From an uncultured bacterium (lineage in GTDB: Bacteria > Lernaellota > Lernaellaia > Lernaellales > Lernaellaceae): a stretch of DNA of 13,139 bases. The position numbers and the translations under genes are program-made. Below are positions 7,807-13,139 of the stretch, piece by piece. Positions within the stretch are counted from its first letter, which is position 1; each line of letters starts with the position of its first letter. The stretch lies in the NCBI GenBank assembly GCA_964534375.1, contig CAZHPN010000044.1, positions 1 through 13,139 on the forward strand, given 5' to 3'. The notes under the pieces are model-generated. The model was not told the DNA's origin and did not search any database. It saw nothing but the letters and a program-made list of their open reading frames with translations.

Positions 7807-10098
7807 CTAACTTTCCTGGCATCGGTTGGCGTTGCATTCTTCGCTCTGGAGACAACTGATGCACTCGGCGCCGCCGGCGCCGCAATCGGTTTTTGCGTCG
7901 CCAGGCTGACATTTGCCGCTGGCGTCGCAGCAACCTGTCGGGCAACTAATCGGATCGCAGATGCACCAGCCCGAATAGCAACGTGCGCCGGCGGGGCACG
8001 CCAGGCACGCGTCGGCGCCCGTGCCGCAGAGGGCGTTGGTGTTGCCCGGGAGGCACGAGGCGTCCGGGCCGCAGCAGCCCGTCGGGCAGCTATTCCAATC
8101 GCAGGCGCAAACGCCGCCTTGACCGTTGCTGGCGCATTCCTGGCCCTTGGCGCAGGCAACACAGGCCGCGCCGTCCGTGCCGCAGGCGTCTTTCCCGTCG
8201 CCCGCCATGCAGGCCGTCCCGGCGCAGCAGCCGGCGCAATTATTGGAATTGCATTTGTCAGTGTCGTCATCGTCGTCGACGGCGGTGTCGTTGTCATCGT
8301 CGTCGTCGCTGGCGTCGTCGTCGCTGGTGTCGTCGTCGGTAACGCACGGGCTGACGCACGTTGTGTAATTAAACGCGCAGGTGATCAACTCCACGGAGCC
8401 CGGCTGGAGCGGTCCGCAATCGCCCAACGTGGACGCAAGGCAGCCCACCTCCCCCTGATCGCAGGCTTGCACGCATCGGTCGATGGCGGCGGCCGCCGCG
8501 CAAGGATATTTGGTGGCGCAGGCAATAGCGGCGTTTTGATACTGGATGTCGCAATTGGCTGAGCAACTGGTTTGTTGGCAAGGATTGGAGGGGTCGGCGC
8601 AAGCCTTCACGCATGTCAGGTCGATGGCGTGAGCATTCTGAATGCACGTCTGCAGGGCGGAATTCTTGCAGCCGCTGTTGTCGGTGTCGTCGTTATCGTC
8701 GTTGTCGTCGTCGTTATCGTCGTCGTCAGTGTCGTCGTCGTTGTCGTCGTCATCGACCGCGCAGGTTTGGTTTACGCAATTCTGTGCGAGGCAATCGACG
8801 CATGCGTTGGCGTTTTTGCCGCACTCCCATTGACTCGTCCCGGGAACGCAAACGCTATCGATGTTGCAGCAGCCCTGCGGGCATTTCTTCACGTTGCAGC
8901 ACTGCCCTTGCGTCAAGTTTCGTCTGATTTCGAAGAGATTTGTGTTGAAATCGCCCACGACCAGCGAACCGAGCACGCCGCCTGTCGCATTGGCGCCGAT
9001 CGTGCCGCTGAGACCGCAGTCCAACCGATAATTGCAGACCGGATCTTTCACGAAGCTAACTTCCAAAAAGGGTCCAACCGAGAAATACGGCCCAACGACG
9101 TCGTAGAGCCTTACGTCGATTCCCAGTCCCGCCGATCCTTGGACATCGAAGTTGACGTACGTGTCGTAATCCGGCCCCACGCCGGCCCACGAGATGGACG
9201 GCTGGGTGACCTTGTGCGACCAGCCGCCGGTGTCCGTATACGTCTCGCTGGCGGTGATCATCCCGAACCCCGTCACCGCTCCGTACGCGGTGATCGCGCC
9301 GTCGCCCTTGACAAGAACAGTAGCACTTGCCGTGGCGTTTGCAGTGAAAACGATCGGCACAAATTCAACCCATACAGTCCAGTCACCCGTAAAAAATGTA
9401 CGAAATGTTTTGCTGAAGCCGATGTTCACCCCTGCGGTCGCTGTCGCCCTTAACCCAAAGGTGGCGGCGAAATTACCCGTCGCCGTGAAATCGATCAACT
9501 TCACTCGATTGTCTTCGATATTTAGCGCGTACGTGAATTCCGGGGCAAAGGAAAGGTTCCCGTTCTCTACGGAAAGGTCCAGCCCGCCCCCGTTATACAG
9601 ACTGATACCGCCAAAATCGAGTGACATCAGAGCGCTTGCACTACCGGAGCCCATCGTTTCCATCGTTCCGTCTTTGAACGGCTCATCGAAGAAATCAGCG
9701 GCCTGCGCCGACGGCCCCGGGAAAGTGAACGTCACGTTGGCCTTTTCGAAAACATCGAGCAACGTCGCGCTGGTCGTCGCGATGACGATCTGGGCGCCGT
9801 CCAACTGCACACCGGTCACCTTTCGCAAGAAACCGTGAATGTCAGACGACGCGTTGACGTAGCCGCTGACGAGCACGTTGCCGGCGTGCAACTTAAGCAG
9901 ATTGTCGTTGCCGCTCGCCGGGAAGGTCAGGTTGTCCGCATGGATCGTCGCCTGGGCGGCTTGCGCATTGGACAGCACGACCGTTTCGGGAGAGACGATG
10001 ACGTTCGGCCCGCTGCTGTTGTTCTTTGGGCCGGCGCAGGCCAACGCAACGGCCGCAAGCAAAACCGCGATGGTCGCCAACCAATAAAAGCGCTTCAT
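7807..10098 (-). CDS. Large lipoprotein A2, paralog of A1 (763 aa)
   Basis: RBS GGAGG, signal peptide MKRFYWLATIAVLLAAVALA-C, shared motifs SPETVVLSNAQAA, LHAGNVLVSGYVN and RLYDV.GPYFS.GP, and the same order of Cys repeats and Asp tracts as A1. Confidence 0.92.
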   Translation of the reverse strand: MKRFYWLATIAVLLAAVALACAGPKNNSSGPNVIVSPETVVLSNAQAAQATIHADNLTFPASGNDNLLKLHAGNVLVSGYVNASSDIHGFLRKVTGVQLDGAQIVIATTSATLLDVFEKANVTFTFPGPSAQAADFFDEPFKDGTMETMGSGSASALMSLDFGGISLYNGGGLDLSVENGNLSFAPEFTYALNIEDNRVKLIDFTATGNFAATFGLRATATAGVNIGFSKTFRTFFTGDWTVWVEFVPIVFTANATASATVLVKGDGAITAYGAVTGFGMITASETYTDTGGWSHKVTQPSISWAGVGPDYDTYVNFDVQGSAGLGIDVRLYDVVGPYFSVGPFLEVSFVKDPVCNYRLDCGLSGTIGANATGGVLGSLVVGDFNTNLFEIRRNLTQGQCCNVKKCPQGCCNIDSVCVPGTSQWECGKNANACVDCLAQNCVNQTCAVDDDDNDDDTDDDDNDDDNDDNDDTDNSGCKNSALQTCIQNAHAIDLTCVKACADPSNPCQQTSCSANCDIQYQNAAIACATKYPCAAAAAIDRCVQACDQGEVGCLASTLGDCGPLQPGSVELITCAFNYTTCVSPCVTDDDTSDDDASDDDDDNDTAVDDDDDTDKCNSNNCAGCCAGTACMAGDGKDACGTDGAACVACAKGQECASNGQGGVCACDWNSCPTGCCGPDASCLPGNTNALCGTGADACLACPAGARCYSGWCICDPISCPTGCCDASGKCQPGDAKTDCGAGGAECISCLQSEECNANRCQES

Positions 10099-10125
10099 CT
10101 TTTCCTCCGCGAACGAGCTGGTTCC

Positions 10126-10160
10126 GGTTCAGGCCGGCAATCGACTGAACCCGTTTTTTT
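10126..10160 (+). terminator. Possible intrinsic terminator-like hairpin (plus-strand T-tract) in the A2 upstream region
   Basis: GGTTCAG...CTGAACC stem followed by TTTTTTT at 10154-10160. The orientation is antisense to the flanking genes. Confidence 0.3.
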
Positions 10161-10288
10161 CTGGCCGGCGCAGAGACCCGCTGCTCGGCGCCGGCATTTT
10201 TCGTTCTTCGAGCGCTCGCTTCCGCCTCGGTGTTGACGAGGCGGCCAATCCCGCCGCGTCAATCAAGTCCGCTGCGGATTTTCCCGGC

Positions 10289-10320
10289 GGATCGGCGCTT
10301 TTCGCAGAAAACGCCGATCC
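10289..10320 (-). terminator. GC-rich hairpin downstream of propeller lipoprotein B2
   Basis: GGATCGGCG-C-TTTTC...GAAAA-CGCCGATCC. Positional homolog of 5729-5755 with a changed but still paired stem. Confidence 0.4.
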
Positions 10321-10353
10321 TCCGTGCGAGTCTCCGCTGCTCGAGGCGCGCGG

Positions 10354-11826
10354 CTAATTGCCGTAGTGCATAATCACGCCGTTCAATGTGCCCGCGGAAA
10401 CGCCCACGGCCCAGACATCCGAATCGGAAACGCCCCAAACACCCCCCAAAATAGCCGCCGAATCGTTCGGGACCGCCATCGGCGACCAGGCCGATCCGTC
10501 GTAGTGCAAGATGGCGGCGGAGCTCCCGGTGAAGTCGGCGCCAACGGTGTAGATGCTGCTTTCCGACGTTCCCCAAACGGAATACAAACTCACAAGGTCC
10601 CCGTCTTGCGGATCCATGGCAGTCCATGTGCCGCCCGCGCCGTGATAAATCAGCGCGGTGTTCGCCAGAGTGTCCGTGCCCACGGCATATGCCGTTGAGT
10701 GTCCCCAAAAGCCGTACAAAATGGCTGGTCCCGGCGTCGAGAACTGCTCCGTCCACGTGGAACCGTTGGTGTGCATGATCACACCGGCGCCTGCAAGGCC
10801 AATGTCGCTCGTGCCCACCGCGTACGCGTTGGTGGGAGCGTCTCCCCAAATGGCGAACAACTCCGGCTCAATGCCGCTGGCGTTGGCCATCGTCGTCCAC
10901 CCGCCGACAGACCCTTGATTAACATCCATGATGTTCTGGGTCTGGTCGTATCCGGCGGTGAATACGTCCGTCGAAGAGGCCCCCCAAACGCCTTGCCAGG
11001 TTACCGCATCCCCTGTAGTCCATTCGGACCACGAGTTCCCATCATAGTGCCACACGGCGCCATGAGACACGACTTCGCCGGCAAATGTCGAACCTACCGC
11101 GTACACGTCCGACGGGGAGGTTCCCCAAACGCCGGTAAACATCTCCGCATCCGACGTAGTGAAGAAGGTTGTAAATCTGGCGCCGTCGTAATGATCGATG
11201 TAACCTGCGGTCCCAACGTAATTGTCCGTTGGGTCAGGCAGTCCGCCCACGGCCCACACATCCGCGGAAGACGTGCCCCAAACGCCCCAAAGCACCTCTT
11301 CCGAAAATACCGACGGAGACCACGACGGGGAAGCGTCATTGTCGTCATTGTCGTTGTCGTCGTTGTCGTCGTCGTCATCGGGTGAAGAATCGTCGTCGTC
11401 GTCGCCGCACGGCAACGCCGCCGCCACGCACGCTTCCATCGTTGAGCAGTCGCCGGTGTCATCGATAATGCAGTTGGCGATTGTGCCGCTCAGTTCGTAG
11501 CACGGCTGGCCGATGTTGCAAGCCGCGACGATTGTGGCTTCCGGGATCGCGGCGCCGCCGGCCGTCGTGAAGTCGAACCCGCACGTATTGTAGAACTCAT
11601 CATAGACGCTCTGGCAGGTTGGCGTCGCGCTGTCGTCGTCGCCCGGCGACGTGTCGTCGTCGGCGGTGTCGTTGTCGTCGTTGTCGTCGCCACCCGACGT
11701 ATCGTTATCGTCGTCGACTGCGGGATGGCTGCCGCTGCTCTTACTGGAACTGCCGCAGGCGGTCGCGCCGACCATCAGCGCGAGCAGCAGCACCAAAACC
11801 ATCAGGGAAAATGTCCTTGTTTTCAT
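10354..11826 (-). CDS. Lipoprotein B2, paralog of B1 with an extra 8-Cys module (490 aa)
   Basis: RBS AAGGAG, signal peptide nearly identical to B1, then Asp tract, Cys module, Asp tract and seven 'GVWG.S..DV.AVG' repeats. It ends GVIMHYGN versus GVVLHYGS in B1. Confidence 0.92.
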   Translation of the reverse strand: MKTRTFSLMVLVLLLALMVGATACGSSSKSSGSHPAVDDDNDTSGGDDNDDNDTADDDTSPGDDDSATPTCQSVYDEFYNTCGFDFTTAGGAAIPEATIVAACNIGQPCYELSGTIANCIIDDTGDCSTMEACVAAALPCGDDDDDSSPDDDDDNDDNDNDDNDASPSWSPSVFSEEVLWGVWGTSSADVWAVGGLPDPTDNYVGTAGYIDHYDGARFTTFFTTSDAEMFTGVWGTSPSDVYAVGSTFAGEVVSHGAVWHYDGNSWSEWTTGDAVTWQGVWGASSTDVFTAGYDQTQNIMDVNQGSVGGWTTMANASGIEPELFAIWGDAPTNAYAVGTSDIGLAGAGVIMHTNGSTWTEQFSTPGPAILYGFWGHSTAYAVGTDTLANTALIYHGAGGTWTAMDPQDGDLVSLYSVWGTSESSIYTVGADFTGSSAAILHYDGSAWSPMAVPNDSAAILGGVWGVSDSDVWAVGVSAGTLNGVIMHYGN

Positions 11827-12089
11827 CGGCCGCTCCTTACAAAAGTGTTATCAAACAGGCGACCGGCCACCTATGGCCGGCAGCCGCTGGCTCGTGACGA
11901 ATGCGTTTTCGGGATCCTGCATCGCCGAGGCAGGCAAAATAAGTTATCGGCCACGTTTGGCGACGGGGCGCAACCTGCCTTTCGGCTTTCCGAAGGTCAA
12001 TCTGTCCGACAGTCACCACAAATAACCTCAACTCGCGCCGAAATAGCTATTTTGCCGAAATAACTCGGCGCGCACTCGCAGAAAATGTT

Positions 12090-12105
12090 TGCAATAAACA
12101 CGCCG
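12090..12105 (-). promoter_or_regulatory. Sigma54 (-24/-12) promoter of lipoprotein B2 (probably B2-A2 operon)
   Basis: Minus strand CGGCGTGTTTATTGCA, GG-N10-GC. Confidence 0.85.
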
Positions 12106-12145
12106 GTTCTTGGGAAATCACCCCGAGTTTTTGATTTCAATTTAT

Positions 12146-12158
12146 AATCAGCTAGTTG
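12146..12158. promoter_or_regulatory. IHF-like binding site
   Basis: AATCAGCTAGTTG (WATCARNNNNTTR), 42 bp from the -24 GG. Confidence 0.65.
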
Positions 12159-12202
12159 TGCAAACAAGACGCGCGACCGAAGTCCGCTGAGAAACAGAGA
12201 TC

Positions 12203-12241
12203 GCGTTCAAAATTAATACACGGCGTGTTATTTTTGAACGC
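12203..12241. promoter_or_regulatory. 39-bp palindrome, candidate enhancer (UAS) copy 3
   Basis: GCGTTCAAAATTAATAC-ACGGC-GTGTTATTTTTGAACGC, centred 118 bp upstream of the -24 GG. Confidence 0.8.
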
Positions 12242-12410
12242 GGCGCTCCGTGGTTTGACGAGCCCGGGGCGCGGCAAAACGGCATGAGCCAACGACAGAC
12301 TTTTCAATATGATAATAACTTATAACAACCCCCAATGCGCCCGATGGGCCGCGACCGCGATTTCGAGGATTTCGCCCCGTCAAATCGTCCGACAAAACGG
12401 GGCGTTCGTC

Positions 12411-12440
12411 TTTACAATCGCCCCCTCGGTCGCGTAACGT
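12411..12440 (+). promoter_or_regulatory. Putative sigma70-type promoter of the second sensor gene
   Basis: TTTACA (12411-12416), 18-nt spacer, TAACGT (12435-12440). The ATG lies at 12447 with no Shine-Dalgarno. Confidence 0.4.
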
Positions 12441-12446
12441 GCCTCA

Positions 12447-13139
12447 ATGGAAACCGGCGACACAAGAAACGGCGGCGTCTTCTCTCGGTTCAGAAAGCTG
12501 AGACCCCGCAACTGGCACTTCGGCAACCGGCTGACGGTGATGACGCTGGTCTTCACGCTGGCGCCGCTGACGATTTACGTCGGTCTCGCCGCGCAGCTCT
12601 TTCGCCGCAATATCGTCGCCTCCGCCAAGATGGAATTGCAGCAGCAAGCCAAGGCCTTGATCATGCTGTGCGAGGCGCAGGAAGCGCTGGACCGCCTGCG
12701 AAAAGCGGCGACGTCCGCCGCCGCCGGAACGGACGCGATCAGCGGCGCCTCGCCCGCATGGCGCGAGGGCGAGCAATACCGCTCGCTCAAATCGATCATC
12801 CTGGGCGTCCGAGTCGCCCAGTCCGGCGTGGCCTACGTGTTCAACAGCGGCGGCGAGTTGGTGATCCAACCGCAGAACGTGCCGAAAAGCGAGTTCGATC
12901 CGCAGGAAGAAAGCGCCAACTTTCGGAACAACATTCGCAACCACGCGTTGCGCTTGCCGGTCGGCGGCATCGAAACGATTCGGTACGACGCGGTCGATCC
13001 GCGCGACCCCGACCATCTGGTGACCGCCTACCTGGACTACTCGCTGCTGACCACCGGCTATGCGGGCATCGGTGTGGGCGTGTCGGAAAACGACGGCGCC
13101 ACCTGGCAGGACACGTCGATCCCCTTGCCGGCCCAATTT
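12447..13139 (+). CDS. Cache-domain membrane sensor, paralog of the kinase N-terminus (partial, runs off window)
   Basis: Not in the ORF track. Open for 231 codons from ATG 12447: METGD...RKLRPRNWHFGNRLTVMTLVFTLAPL...AKALIMLCEAQEALDRLRK...YRSLKSII.G..VAQSGVAYVFNSGGELVIQP, which aligns with the kinase (RKLRFRNWNFGNRL...AKSLIMLCEAQEALDRLKK...YVFNSAGLLVVHP). The output domain is not visible. Confidence 0.9.
   Translation, partial: METGDTRNGGVFSRFRKLRPRNWHFGNRLTVMTLVFTLAPLTIYVGLAAQLFRRNIVASAKMELQQQAKALIMLCEAQEALDRLRKAATSAAAGTDAISGASPAWREGEQYRSLKSIILGVRVAQSGVAYVFNSGGELVIQPQNVPKSEFDPQEESANFRNNIRNHALRLPVGGIETIRYDAVDPRDPDHLVTAYLDYSLLTTGYAGIGVGVSENDGATWQDTSIPLPAQF

Larger units (their letters stand above)
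2982..12420. repeat. Diverged tandem duplication of a two-gene unit (A-B-promoter), units ~2982-7680 and ~7807-12420
   Basis: Genes A1/A2 and B1/B2 are colinear paralogs, and the intergenic DNA 7078-7665 aligns with 11827-12416 at an offset of about 4750. Confidence 0.9.

Noticed and set aside
2982..11826. Diversity-generating retroelement or amber-recoded genetic code
   Set aside because: No reverse transcriptase or adenine-specific TR/VR pair is present, and TAG ends paralogs B1 and B2 at equivalent positions and precedes the regulator start.
11827..12083. c-di-GMP-I or other known riboswitch in the leader
   Set aside because: The conserved GGCAAA...GAAA...GACGCAAA core could not be found by eye.
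5456..12241. The 39-bp palindromes as CRISPR repeats, integron attC sites, dif sites or transposon ends
   Set aside because: Copies are kilobases apart with no spacer array, cas, integrase or transposase gene. They lack RYYYAAC...GTTRRRY polarity and XerC/D arms, and their fixed spacing to sigma54 boxes explains them better.
12444..13136. 230-aa minus-strand ORF
   Set aside because: Antisense to the plus-strand sensor paralog, which is supported by homology to the kinase.

Overview
GC-rich bacterial window. The Asp-rich, Cys-rich lipoproteins suggest a deltaproteobacteria-like lineage, but this is inference only. At the left, on the minus strand, is a two-component pair: a Cache-HAMP-HisKA-HATPase sensor kinase (763-2487) followed by a sigma54-dependent NtrC/AtoC-family regulator that runs off the window. 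The middle is an old, diverged tandem duplication (about 4.75-4.8 kb period) of two lipoprotein genes. One is a ~760-aa beta-rich, Cys-repeat, poly-Asp lipoprotein and the other is a poly-Asp, seven-repeat 'VWGSS..DVYAVG' beta-propeller lipoprotein. A collapsed third copy of the first gene survives as a pseudogene at 2568-2941. At the right is a divergently oriented paralog of the sensor N-terminus (12447 to end, absent from the ORF track) whose last ~45 codons switch to Asp-box/BNR-like sequence. The strongest non-coding signal is a three-copy promoter module with near-invariant spacing: a 39-bp palindrome (candidate enhancer), an IHF-like site and a GG-N10-GC sigma54 promoter. It lies upstream of three of the four lipoprotein genes, which suggests a local sigma54 regulon for surface lipoproteins driven by the adjacent two-component system.
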